From Thermoplasmata archaeon (GTDB taxonomy: Archaea > Thermoplasmatota > SW-10-69-26 > JACQPN01 > JAJPHT01), in contig JAXDQU010000011.1 of NCBI GenBank assembly GCA_034667685.1, forward strand, positions 14,230 through 78,229: a stretch of 64,000 nt of DNA, given 5' to 3'. Below, piece after piece: positions 48,040 to 57,333 of this stretch. The first letter of the stretch is position 1. Every line of letters begins with the position of its first letter. Below the pieces are notes generated by a model. The model was given only the letters and a program-made list of their open reading frames with translations. It searched no databases and was not told the origin of the DNA. The position numbers were made by a program, and so were the translations under genes.

Positions 48040-48053
48040 ATCTCGCCGGGTCC
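48040..48053 (+). repeat. 14-bp direct repeat of the tRNA-Arg(CCU) 3' end
   Basis: ATCTCGCCGGGTCC at 47974-47987 and 48040-48053. Confidence 0.75.
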
Positions 48054-48060
48054 ACTCAGA

Positions 48061-48354
48061 CTATCTCCAGCCCCAGAAATGCCGCGCTGCCTGCTCGCGC
48101 GCCTGGACGCGGGTCGCCATGTGGGGGCGCGAGCGGGGCGTCCATCCCGCGGGGCCTTCCATCACGTCGCCGCGCTCGCGCAGGCGCGCCAGGGCGGGGG
48201 CGACCTCTTGCGGAGCGAGGCCCAGGCGCGCGGCTTCGTCCTCGACGTCGGGGAGGCTCGCGCGGCCGTGCCTGGCGAGGGCGAGCTGGAGCGCGATGCG
48301 CGCGAGGCGGTTGGCCCGGCCTTCGGCGAGCAGGCCCGTGGGCGCGGCGTCCAT
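48061..48354 (-). CDS. Small winged-helix-like protein
   Basis: AARLGL...ALARLRERGDVMEGPAGW resembles the MCM C-terminal wHTH pattern. Confidence 0.5.
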   Translation of the reverse strand: MDAAPTGLLAEGRANRLARIALQLALARHGRASLPDVEDEAARLGLAPQEVAPALARLRERGDVMEGPAGWTPRSRPHMATRVQAREQAARHFWGWR

Positions 48355-48459
48355 CGGCGGCCCGCGGGCGTTTCCGTCCCAAAGTCCCTTCTGAAACGGC
48401 TCCCGGAGCGCGGACGCTGAGACACGTTCAAGCGCCGCGCCGTCGAGCGGCTTACGGCC

Positions 48460-49518
48460 ATGGCGACGGCGCCGCTCCCGGCACGCCAACCTTCGGCCCC
48501 TCTCCAGCCGGGGCCAGCACCTCCAGGGACGGTGCTGGCTCGCTGGCACTACGTGGACGATCGCCGCACGCACGAGGTGCACGCCGGCTTCCGCCAGCAG
48601 CCCCGGCCGGAGTTCGTCGTGCGCGAGATGGTGCACGGGAGCCAGGATCCCGCGCAGGCGGTCGAGACCATCCATCCGATCGCGGCGGCGTGGGAGGCCA
48701 AGCTGCACCACATGGAGCTGGAGGCGCGCCTCGCGATGCTGGGCACGTACTGGCGCTTCGACGCGCAGCAGCCCGCGGCCGGCTGGACGCGCGTGAAATC
48801 GCTCCTCGCCGCGGCCGACCTGCGCCCCGTGCAGGAGACGCTGGTCCCGGGCGAGATGAAGTTCTATCATTTCCACCACCGCGTGACGCGCGAGGACGCC
48901 GTGCTCCTGGAGATCGCGACCACCGGCCCGGATGGCCCGCGCACGATGCTCGCGCGCATGGACTTCCGCTGGCCCGACGCCACGCAGGGCGAGATCCGCA
49001 TCCTCGCGCGCGACGCGGCCGCGCCCCTCGCCCGCAGCCTGCTCGCGCGCGAGCACCTGGCGCTGCGCTCCCGCGGCTACGAGAAGCTCCTCTTCACGCA
49101 GGACTTCCTGCGCGCGCACAGCTACGGGTGGCGCCGGGACACGCTGCAAAGCTATCAGGCGATGCTCCGCCGCATCAGCGAGGGCCGGCTCGATCGTCCC
49201 AGGCCGGGCGACCGGCCCCCGCCGCCGGTCGACAGCACCTACACGGATTTCCTGCGCTCGCTCACGGACCCGCGCGTCGTGGCGCTCCACGCCCGCTTCC
49301 TGGCGCCCGGCGAGGAGGCCGAGCTGATGCGCGAGGGCGACCTCGCCATCAAGCGCGCGATCCAGCGCAAGCGCGTGAGCGCCCTGCGCGAGGACCAGCT
49401 CATGCTCAACGTGCTCGAGGCGAGCCTCCTCGCGCGCTGGGGCCTGCGTCCGGGGCAGCGCGCCGAGGTCGATCCGGAAGTCGCGGCGATGGTGCGGCGC
49501 TTCGCGTATTATCTCTGA
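48460..49518 (+). CDS. Hypothetical protein (352 aa)
   Basis: ATG start and typical codon usage; no family recognised. Confidence 0.65.
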   Translation: MATAPLPARQPSAPLQPGPAPPGTVLARWHYVDDRRTHEVHAGFRQQPRPEFVVREMVHGSQDPAQAVETIHPIAAAWEAKLHHMELEARLAMLGTYWRFDAQQPAAGWTRVKSLLAAADLRPVQETLVPGEMKFYHFHHRVTREDAVLLEIATTGPDGPRTMLARMDFRWPDATQGEIRILARDAAAPLARSLLAREHLALRSRGYEKLLFTQDFLRAHSYGWRRDTLQSYQAMLRRISEGRLDRPRPGDRPPPPVDSTYTDFLRSLTDPRVVALHARFLAPGEEAELMREGDLAIKRAIQRKRVSALREDQLMLNVLEASLLARWGLRPGQRAEVDPEVAAMVRRFAYYL

Positions 49519-49910
49519 CCGGCGCCCAGGCGCGCCTGCCCGTCCGCTTCGACGTTCTCCTCGCGCCCGATGCGCTGCACGCGCGCCTTGACGCCGCGCT
49601 GCCCAAGACGCGCGAGCGCCTGCCGGCACGCCGCGCGCGCCTCGGCCGCCTCGCCGCTCATCGCGGGCCTGCGTGACGCGAGCCCCTTCGCCACGAGCGC
49701 GCTGTCGGTGCGCAGCTCCAGCGCGTCGCCTGGCGCGAGGGCGGCCTCGGCCCATGATAGCGCCTCGCGGACCGCGCGCCACTCCGCCTCGTGGCTCGGG
49801 CAGGCGGGCAGCGCGCCGCGCCGCACGACGCCTCCGGGCTGCGCGACGAAGGCCCAGCCGGCGCCCACCTCGCCCACGTAGCCGTCGGTCCACACGACGA
49901 CGTCGGTCAC
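49509..49910 (-). CDS. rnhA: Ribonuclease HI-like protein
   Basis: Four acidic catalytic residues: WTDG, EAEW, RTDS, REENVEAD. Confidence 0.75.
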   Translation of the reverse strand: MTDVVVWTDGYVGEVGAGWAFVAQPGGVVRRGALPACPSHEAEWRAVREALSWAEAALAPGDALELRTDSALVAKGLASRRPAMSGEAAEARAACRQALARLGQRGVKARVQRIGREENVEADGQARLGAGQR

Positions 49911-50120
49911 GCGCCCCGCTGCGACGGCCGGCCGCTTGGCTCCTTCGCCACGCGCTCCTTCGATTCGCGTATCAGAATCGATATCCCCCATCCCCCGCAA
50001 CCTGGGGCCAACCGGCGCAACCGCGTCGGCTCGCCCGGCCCTCCGCGCATGGCAACAGCCTCCCAGCCTCCAAGCAACAGCCTCCCCAACACATTCTCGG
50101 AGGCCCGGGCGATTCCTTTC

Positions 50121-50470
50121 TTCCTGCACTTCGTCGCACGGCTCGCGCTGCGCGGCCGCTGAAGCGGCCGCTCCGCGCTCGCTCGTGCGACTTCGTGGCA
50201 GGGGGGCTGCGCGCCCCCCTGCACCCCCGCGCCAGGGGCTCCGCCCCCGGACCCCCTTGCCTTTGACCATGCGGGGCTGGTCGCGGTCAGGTGACTAGAC
50301 ACCTGAGAATGCGGCGCCGCGTCACCTGTCTATTCACCTGACCCTGACATCCCCAGCGTGGTCAAAGGCAAAGGAGGTCCAGGGGGGCGCAACCCGCCGC
50401 GCAAGGGTCCAGGCGGGCGCGTAGCCCCCCTGCCACGAAGTCGCGCGAGCCGTGCGACGAAGTGTAGGAA
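50121..50470. repeat. Composite REP-like element, copy 2: ~350-bp imperfect palindrome
   Basis: Inverted arms TTCCTGCACTTCGTCGCACGGCTCGCG.../...CGCGAGCCGTGCGACGAAGTGTAGGAA around the core GGTCAGGTGACTAGACACCT...TCACCTGACC (50285-50343). Confidence 0.85.
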
Positions 50471-50849
50471 TAAAATCCGCCCGACCGCAGTGGGGCGGAC
50501 CACGCGCCAAGCCTCTCCGAGCGCGCGGATTCCGGACCCGGCCAGCGAAGGCGCGGACCCAGAAGGGGACCAACCAGGAATCGTGATGTCTCAGCGCAGG
50601 CGGCGCGCGCCGCCCACGTGCGTCTTCTCGTCGGCGCAGAGCGCCATGATGCCGGTGATGTGGCTGAATCCGATCAGGTTCATGCGGGGCGTCTCGGGGT
50701 GCATGCTTCGAGGCTCCAAGGGTCCTGTCATTGTCCGTTGCGGTACGCGCCTTCTCCGCCCCGGGCGGTGGGGGCGCGTCCCGCGTTGACGGCGTGGTCC
50801 GGCAGGCACGCCATAGCCTTTCGGGTGTGGATTTGGACGGTGGGCCCGC

Positions 50850-52913
50850 CTACGCTTCGAGGGCGGCGAGGCTCGCCTCGGCCGCGGCCGGCAGGAGCCC
50901 CGCCTTCTCCAGCTTCTTCTTGGCGCGGTGGACGCTGGGCGCCGAGATGCCCAGCCGCGCGGCCGCCTCGCGCAGGCTCATCGTGGGCTCGGCCAGGAAC
51001 AGCTCGTACACGTCGCGCGCCCGGCCCGCGCGCAGGATCGCCTCGCGGCGCGCCAGCGCGGGCGGGACCTCGCCGGCGGCGAAGTAGCGCTTGCGGGCGT
51101 CCTCGCGCAGCTCGACGACGTAGCCGTGGCGGCGCAGCTGGTCGAGGTGGCGCACCGTCGCGCCGCGTCCCACGCCCGCGAAGTCCACCAGCTCCGACTC
51201 GGGGATGCCGGGCTCCAGGCGGATGCGGTCGTAGAGGCGCGCGCGGACCGGGTTGTCCAGGAGGGCGCCGCGGCGCAGGCGCGTGAAGAGCGGGACCAGC
51301 AGGAGCTTCGCGGCGAGGAGGAGCAGCGCGAGCAGCGTCACGGCCGCGCCGCCCTCGAGCCCCACGCCGAGCGCCGGGCCCGCGAGCGCGGACATCGCGC
51401 TCTGCCGCGGCGCGTCGAGGCCGCGCTGCGAGGCGGCGACGAGCGGCCCCGTCTCTGAGTAGATGGAGCTCGTCTCCAGCACCGCGTAGACCGCCGCGCG
51501 GCCCGCGTCGAGGACGACCATGTGCCCCTCGGCGGGCGTGTTGGCGTTGCAGCAGAGCGAGTCGGAAAGCGTCACCAGCGAGCGGCCGGCGAAGAGGCTT
51601 ACCGACAGCTCCTGGAGGCGCGAGGCGTCGACACCCTGGCCGCGCATCATGGGCGCGAGCGCGTCGCTGGAGGCGACCTCCGCGGGCATGGCACCCGGGT
51701 CGCCCGACATGTGGCCCTTGAATCCGGAGTCGGTCGGCGGGCCCACGAGGGGGATCGGCTGGCGCACGGCGCCGAAGCCCGCGGAGTCGCGCGAGACGGA
51801 GACGCCGTACGTCTCGCCACCGGAGAGGAAGGTCATCGACCACGTGCCGTCGGGAGACGTCGCGGCCGAACGGTCGACGTAGGTGTCGGCGAACCACCTC
51901 GCGAAGAGCAGCCGCGCGTCGGGGTGCGACTGGAGCCACGAGGCGAGCCCCGTGGTCGGGTCGAGCGTCGCCGCGCGGTAGGCGTCGTCGTAGCGAAGGG
52001 GCAGGCCGAACGCCGCGTCCTCGAAGCGCAGCCGGTCCGGCGCCTGGAACCTCGCCGCGGGATTCTTCTCGGGGAGCGCGGCGCGCGCGTACGGCGCGAG
52101 CGCGGGGCCGTTGCCGGCCTCGAAGCCGCTCAGCTCCAGCGTGTAGTTCCACGCCTTCGTCCCGCTGAGGCTCGGGACCGTCAGGTTCACGACGCCGGGC
52201 AGTCCGTCGGCCACGAGGATCGAGACGGGAAGATCCTGCCCGTCCTTGGCGAGATGATAGCGCATCAGGAGCGCCGCGCGGCCGTGGTACGTCGTCGCGG
52301 TGAGCGGCGCGGAGAGCGTCTGGGCCATCGCGCCGGGAAGCGGATCGGGGATCACGGCGCCGAAGGGCACGCGGTCCCCTTCGTGGAACGCGCGGCCGCC
52401 GAGGATCTGCTGGCCGAAGCACGGCATCCCTCCGTACGAGGCGACGAGCGATTCGTTCTGCTGGCCCTGCGTGGAGCCCAGGTCGAGCGGCCCGAAGCCC
52501 GTCGTGCCCCACGCCATGCTTCCGCCCGCGGTCTGCGCGATGAGCGGCTTGAGGCGGATCGAGACGTTGCTCCCGGGCAGCGCGTCGCAGATCTCCGAGC
52601 GCACGAGCTTGCCGCCCTCCATCTGGTCGTGGCGGTAGCTCTCGCTCGCGCGCGCGATGCCGTAGCCGTCCTGCGCGGTGCCCGCTCCTTCGATGAAGAG
52701 GGTGTGCTCGTACGTCGCCGGCTCGACGACCAGGCGCGGCGGATATTCGTCGGTGAAGTGGGACTTGGTCGTGTGCTCCACGTACGAGAGCCGGTCGCCG
52801 GCGCGCAGCGACGCGACGTTCACGGTGACGGGATCGGAGGAGAACCAGCCGGCCGAGGCGACCGGGACGGCCGCCAGCAGGGCCAGCGCGAGTGCGAAGG
52901 CGATTCGGGTCAT
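50850..52913 (-). CDS. Membrane-anchored regulator 4: signal peptide, unrelated ectodomain, TM, double winged-HTH
   Basis: MTRIAFALALALLAAVPVASA; TM then PLFTRL...LDNPVRARLYDRIRLEPG...VRHLDQL...AAARLGISAPSVH. Confidence 0.8.
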   Translation of the reverse strand: MTRIAFALALALLAAVPVASAGWFSSDPVTVNVASLRAGDRLSYVEHTTKSHFTDEYPPRLVVEPATYEHTLFIEGAGTAQDGYGIARASESYRHDQMEGGKLVRSEICDALPGSNVSIRLKPLIAQTAGGSMAWGTTGFGPLDLGSTQGQQNESLVASYGGMPCFGQQILGGRAFHEGDRVPFGAVIPDPLPGAMAQTLSAPLTATTYHGRAALLMRYHLAKDGQDLPVSILVADGLPGVVNLTVPSLSGTKAWNYTLELSGFEAGNGPALAPYARAALPEKNPAARFQAPDRLRFEDAAFGLPLRYDDAYRAATLDPTTGLASWLQSHPDARLLFARWFADTYVDRSAATSPDGTWSMTFLSGGETYGVSVSRDSAGFGAVRQPIPLVGPPTDSGFKGHMSGDPGAMPAEVASSDALAPMMRGQGVDASRLQELSVSLFAGRSLVTLSDSLCCNANTPAEGHMVVLDAGRAAVYAVLETSSIYSETGPLVAASQRGLDAPRQSAMSALAGPALGVGLEGGAAVTLLALLLLAAKLLLVPLFTRLRRGALLDNPVRARLYDRIRLEPGIPESELVDFAGVGRGATVRHLDQLRRHGYVVELREDARKRYFAAGEVPPALARREAILRAGRARDVYELFLAEPTMSLREAAARLGISAPSVHRAKKKLEKAGLLPAAAEASLAALEA

Positions 52914-53007
52914 GCGATGCGCTCCTGCACCGACCATCGCGCGGGGGATCATCCCTTGGCGGGTCCGCGCGGCTAGCGCGCCTCCTCCGCCTTGGGCTTT
53001 TTCGTGA

Positions 53008-53574
53008 TCAGACGTTCCCGACGGCCAGCGCGAGCGTGCCGCTGCGGCCGCGCCGGGGCGGGGCGATCCAGGCGGGCTCCGGGCCCCCGGCGTCGTCGGG
53101 CGAGACGAACGCGCACAGGAGCGCCGCCCCCTCCAGGTCGGTCTCGCCCGTGCCCGGGTCGGTGAGCCCGTCCCACGCGACCAGCGCGTGCGCGACGGGC
53201 GCGGGCGTCGGCGCGGGGATGCCCACGCGCGAGCAGGATGCGTCCGCGAGCCGCAGCGCGTCGAGGGCGGTCGCGCAGGCCAGGGCGAGCGCGAGCGCGG
53301 CGCCATCCAGCTCCACCTTCCGCTCGCCCTGCGCGAGGAGCATGCGGCCCGCGGCGTCCGAGGCGATCCAGCGCGCCGTCTCCGAGACGGAGGCGCGGTC
53401 CAGGAGCGCGTGGACGTCCAGGGGGCGCACGAGCGCGAGCCCCTTCTGCGCGGGGAGCCCGAGCGCGGCCTGCGCCTCGGCGAGCGAGCCGGCGGGCGCG
53501 CCCAGCTCGACGAGCGCCCCGAGGAGGTCGGTCCCGCGGATGCCGCGCCGGGCGTCCACGTGCAGCCGTCGCAC
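53008..53574 (-). CDS. Short, divergent LarC-like protein
   Basis: RLHVDARRGIRGTDLLGALVELG and ETDLEGAALL resemble LarC N-domain motifs. Confidence 0.45.
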   Translation of the reverse strand: MRRLHVDARRGIRGTDLLGALVELGAPAGSLAEAQAALGLPAQKGLALVRPLDVHALLDRASVSETARWIASDAAGRMLLAQGERKVELDGAALALALACATALDALRLADASCSRVGIPAPTPAPVAHALVAWDGLTDPGTGETDLEGAALLCAFVSPDDAGGPEPAWIAPPRRGRSGTLALAVGNV

Positions 53575-53609
53575 GTCGCAGGCAGGCGAGGCGCGGCGGA
53601 TGGAGTTTC

Positions 53610-53798
53610 CTAGGCCGCCGCCTCGACGGCTTCCAGCGCGCGCAACGCCTCGTACTCCAGGTCGACGATGTCGGCGTAGCGGCTCGCCGCCTCCGCGCGC
53701 TCGGGTGCGAGCGCCTCCTTCCAGCGTCGGTGGGCCAGCGCGGCGGCGTGGCGGAGGACCTCGTAGCGCTTCCGGGCGCGCTCCATGGCCTCGTCCAT
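53610..53798 (-). CDS. Small helical hypothetical protein (62 aa)
   Basis: ATG start, fits the intergenic gap. Confidence 0.5.
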   Translation of the reverse strand: MDEAMERARKRYEVLRHAAALAHRRWKEALAPERAEAASRYADIVDLEYEALRALEAVEAAA

Positions 53799-53872
53799 GC
53801 GCCCTGGATTCCGGCCCGGTCCTTGAACCTCTATGTTCTCTGACGCGGGGTCGTGGACATTCGCCGGAATGC

Positions 53873-54655
53873 TCAGCGGAGCTCGGCGACCATCCCCCCG
53901 TCCACGACGAGCGTGTGCCCCGTGACGTAGGGGCTGCCCGCCACGAGCGAGAGGATCGCGTCCGCCATCTCCTCCGGGCTGGCGAGGCGGCGCATCGGGA
54001 TGTGGCGCACGATCGCCTTCTGGAACTCGGGGTCGAGGATGTGGCGCTCCGGCCCGAAGCCCGTCTCGGTCCAGCCGGGCGCCACGCCATTGACGCGCAC
54101 GTGCGGCGCGTACATCAGCGCGGCCTGGCGCGTGAAGTGCAGCAGCGCGGCTTTTGACAGCGAGTAGAGCGGCGCATCGGTGAGCGCGTACATGCCCGCG
54201 ACCGAGGCCACGTTCACGACGCAGCCGCCCTTGCGCGCCACCATGCCCCGCGCGAGGCGCCAGGTCAGCTCGTAGGGCGCGCGCAGGTTGACGTTCATGA
54301 TATCATCCCAGCGCTCGAGGTGCGAGCCGAAGTCGCCGCCCTGCGTGCGCGGGTCGAGCGCCTTCTCCATCATGCCCGCGTTGTTGACGAGCGCGTCCAC
54401 GTGCCCCCAGTGCGCCTCCGCGGCCTCGGCGAACGCGGCGATGGCGGCCCGGTCGCGGAAGTCCGCCTGGAGCGCGACGGCGCCCATGCCGAGGTCTTTC
54501 ACCTGGCGCACGACGGCTTCGGCCTCGTCCCGCGAGCGCGCGTAGTGGACGACCACGCTCGCGCCCGCCCCCGCCAGGGCCAGCGCCGTCGCGCGCCCGA
54601 TGCCCGTGGACGCGCCCGTGACCACCGCGACCTTGCCGTGAAGTTCCCCGGCCAC
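53873..54655 (-). CDS. SDR family oxidoreductase
   Basis: TGASTGIG, NNAG, YSLSK, VNGVAPG, VDGG. Confidence 0.92.
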   Translation of the reverse strand: MAGELHGKVAVVTGASTGIGRATALALAGAGASVVVHYARSRDEAEAVVRQVKDLGMGAVALQADFRDRAAIAAFAEAAEAHWGHVDALVNNAGMMEKALDPRTQGGDFGSHLERWDDIMNVNLRAPYELTWRLARGMVARKGGCVVNVASVAGMYALTDAPLYSLSKAALLHFTRQAALMYAPHVRVNGVAPGWTETGFGPERHILDPEFQKAIVRHIPMRRLASPEEMADAILSLVAGSPYVTGHTLVVDGGMVAELR

Positions 54656-54785
54656 GCGCCCCCAGCCTCAGCCTCAGCCTTAGCCCTAGCCCAGAGTCCG
54701 GAGCCCTCAGCCTTGAGCCCGAGGCTCAGGGCTCTGGACTCAGGACTCGGGGCTCCAGGCGCTGGGCTCAGGGACCGGGGCTCGT
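54655..54785. repeat. Hexamer element copy 2 (54655-54695) followed by imperfect heptamer repeats with an inversion
   Basis: CAGCCTCAGCCTCAGCCTTAGCCCTAGCCC, then GAGCCCT/CAGCCTT/GAGCCCG versus GGCTCAG/GGCTCTG/GACTCAG/GACTCGG/GGCTCCA. Confidence 0.75.
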
Positions 54786-54851
54786 CCTCTAGACCGATCG
54801 GAGCACAATGTCCCCACAAAGCTGAAGAGCCCAACGGCGGCGTTGCGGCGC

Positions 54852-56051
54852 ATGGTCTCCCGTCCGGTCGTCGTCTTCCTCCTTGCCGCGGGGTTGCTCC
54901 TCGCCGGCTGCATCGGGGGAGGCAAGAACAACCTCTCCCCCGCGGCGACGAAGGCGAACAACACCACCGCGCAGAACACGACGCTGCCCGACGGGCGCAA
55001 GTTCGCCGCGGCGACGGAGACCACGAAGGTCGAGAACTCCTCCACGGGCGGCATCGCCCACATGCACGACTACTGGAAGGGCAAGGAGACCATCACCGTC
55101 TTCGACGACGACGTGTCCGTGGACCTCGTCCCGGTCTTCGAGCGCGGCGACAACGGCCACGTGCTGGAGGGCTTCATCAACCTGGAGAAGCTGCCCGGCG
55201 ACTCCACCGGCGCCCCGGCGCTGATCTTCGAGGGCACGGGCTCCGTGTCCTTCACGCTCACGAGCGCGCCCGCCTGGGCCTCGGACTACCAGATCACGTT
55301 CCGCACCGCGGGCAAGGACTGGTCCTCGTGGACGCCCGTCTCGGTGGGCAAGGCGTTCGTCTACACGCCCGACAAGATCGAGACGGACATGCCGCACTCG
55401 ATCCGCTCGCTCTGGAACTGGAAGCTCCAGGCCGTCGGCCCCGTGCCCCTCGCCGGCGACGCCGGCGCCACGTCCGGCACGCCCGCGACCCAGCAGGTCC
55501 ACGTCAAGATCGTCGTCACGAAGGCGCACAACGTCGACAACTGGCCCCCGCACCCGGACTTCTACAGCGGCCAGCCCGAGCGCTTCGTCATGACGAACAA
55601 GCAGGGCAAGACCAACGTCCAGAACGCGGCCGACGTCGAGGTCTACGGCGTCGAGCCCGACCAGGTCATCCCGGACAAGCTCATCAGCATGGGCACGGGC
55701 GTCCTCGACGTCTACGTCAACATCACGCAGCTCACGCTGCCCCCGGGCGTCCCGAACGGCGGCTTCACGCTCTACTGGCGCAGCGCCGACACGACGCCCA
55801 ACAGCCTGGGCATCTTCAGCATCGCGAACTCCACGGACAAGACGACGAAGGCCTACTGGCACCTCGTCATCAACAACAGCGTCGTGGACTCGCCCTATCA
55901 GCCCACCAGCCGGTTCGGGTTCAAGGTGCTGGCGAACCCGATCGACGACAGCGCGGTCGCGTGCTACCGCTGCATGCCCTACACGATCGACTACACCATG
56001 ACCGTCATCGCCCGCCCCAGCGCGGATCCGATGGCGGGCATGATCATGTAG
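54852..56051 (+). CDS. Lipoprotein, HxHDYW family paralog 2
   Basis: LAGC; HMHDYWKGK, FEGTG, ETDMPH...SLWNW, WPPHPDFY, DKLISMGTG, DSPY. Confidence 0.8.
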   Translation: MVSRPVVVFLLAAGLLLAGCIGGGKNNLSPAATKANNTTAQNTTLPDGRKFAAATETTKVENSSTGGIAHMHDYWKGKETITVFDDDVSVDLVPVFERGDNGHVLEGFINLEKLPGDSTGAPALIFEGTGSVSFTLTSAPAWASDYQITFRTAGKDWSSWTPVSVGKAFVYTPDKIETDMPHSIRSLWNWKLQAVGPVPLAGDAGATSGTPATQQVHVKIVVTKAHNVDNWPPHPDFYSGQPERFVMTNKQGKTNVQNAADVEVYGVEPDQVIPDKLISMGTGVLDVYVNITQLTLPPGVPNGGFTLYWRSADTTPNSLGIFSIANSTDKTTKAYWHLVINNSVVDSPYQPTSRFGFKVLANPIDDSAVACYRCMPYTIDYTMTVIARPSADPMAGMIM

Positions 56052-56106
56052 ATCGGCGGACGTCATCCCCGGAAGGCTGAAGCCCGGCTCCGCGTGCTCG
56101 GGCCCC

Positions 56107-57333
56107 ATGTCCTCTCGTGCCTTGGCCGCGCTCGCGGTCGTCGCCGGCCTTCTCTTCGCGGGTTGCATCGGCGCCAAGGACGCGCCCAAGGCCGCGCCGC
56201 TCAACACGACGCACCTGAACTCCACCGTCGAGAACGCCACGCTGCCCGACGGCCGCGGCATGTCCGCGGGCAACCTCGAGACGAACAAGACCGAGAACGG
56301 CACGGGCGCCGTCGCGCACACGCACGACTACTGGCGCGGGCGCGCGAACGTCGTGCTCTCGAAGGACTTCTCCTTCTTCCAGGCGACGCCCGTCTTCCCC
56401 GACGGACAGGGGAGCAGCCCGCAGAGCGTCGCGTACATCAAGCTCAACCAGACGAAGCCCGACCACCTCGTCTACGAGGGCGTCACCACGATGGACGTGC
56501 TCGTCTCGGCGCCGGAGAACTGCCCCGGCGACCCGGCGAGCGACCCGTGCGCGCCCGACCCGAACCCGCCCGCGATGACGCTGCGCTACCGCACGGCGGC
56601 CGAGTCGAAGTTCGTGGACGGCGGCGCGATCACCTACGGCTCGGCCAAGGTCATCAACGTCCACGGCAAGGAGAGCGACATGCCCCACAGCGTCGCGAGC
56701 CTCTGGGCCTGGGAGCTCGTCACGGACAAGCCCACGCAGGACGTCGCCGAGGTCACGATCACCATCCACAACGGCGGCCAGATCGTCAACTGGCCCCCGC
56801 ACCCGGACTTCTACGCCGACAAGACCGAGCGCGTCATCGCGGACAAGGGCGTCTCCGTCCACCGCAACGGCATCGACGAGGACCTGCTCTACGGCTCCGC
56901 GTCGAGCTGGCAGCACGCGGACAAGCTCATCTCGTACGGCACGGGCTCGCTGGACGTCTTCATCAACATCACCAGCGCGAAGGCCGACAACGGCGCGCCC
57001 CCGACGGGCTTCTTCCTGGAGTACCACAACGCGACCATCCTCGACGCGGAGGACCAGTTCAACGAGCGGCTGGGCGACGTGGAGAAGAAGAACGACCTCC
57101 AGCACTACCACTTCGTCGTGAAGGTCGAGCCCGCCGGCATGGACGGCCCCTACCAGCCCGAGTCGCTCTGGGGCTTCCGGCCCGTGGCCGAGTTCGCCAC
57201 GCTGAACCTGCCCGACAACCCCGCGCTCAACCACCTGGGCCTCTGCCCCGGCTGCTTCCCCTACGACATCACGTACCACATGACGATCCTCGCGCGCAAG
57301 GGCGGCGATCAATCCAATGTCATGATGGGCTAG
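56107..57333 (+). CDS. Lipoprotein, HxHDYW family paralog 3
   Basis: FAGC; HTHDYWRG, YEG, ESDMPH...SLWAW, WPPHPDFY, DKLISYGTG, DGPY. Confidence 0.8.
   Translation: MSSRALAALAVVAGLLFAGCIGAKDAPKAAPLNTTHLNSTVENATLPDGRGMSAGNLETNKTENGTGAVAHTHDYWRGRANVVLSKDFSFFQATPVFPDGQGSSPQSVAYIKLNQTKPDHLVYEGVTTMDVLVSAPENCPGDPASDPCAPDPNPPAMTLRYRTAAESKFVDGGAITYGSAKVINVHGKESDMPHSVASLWAWELVTDKPTQDVAEVTITIHNGGQIVNWPPHPDFYADKTERVIADKGVSVHRNGIDEDLLYGSASSWQHADKLISYGTGSLDVFINITSAKADNGAPPTGFFLEYHNATILDAEDQFNERLGDVEKKNDLQHYHFVVKVEPAGMDGPYQPESLWGFRPVAEFATLNLPDNPALNHLGLCPGCFPYDITYHMTILARKGGDQSNVMMG

Noticed and set aside
49509-49910. RNase H-like gene beside the palindrome as a retroelement or transposase
   Set aside because: Its size and motifs fit a stand-alone RNase HI; there is no RT or DDE domain, and the other repeat copy has no such neighbour
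50591-50809. Small minus-strand ORF (…MNLIGFSHITGIMALCADEK…)
   Set aside because: Could be real, but the start is uncertain and there is no motif or homology support
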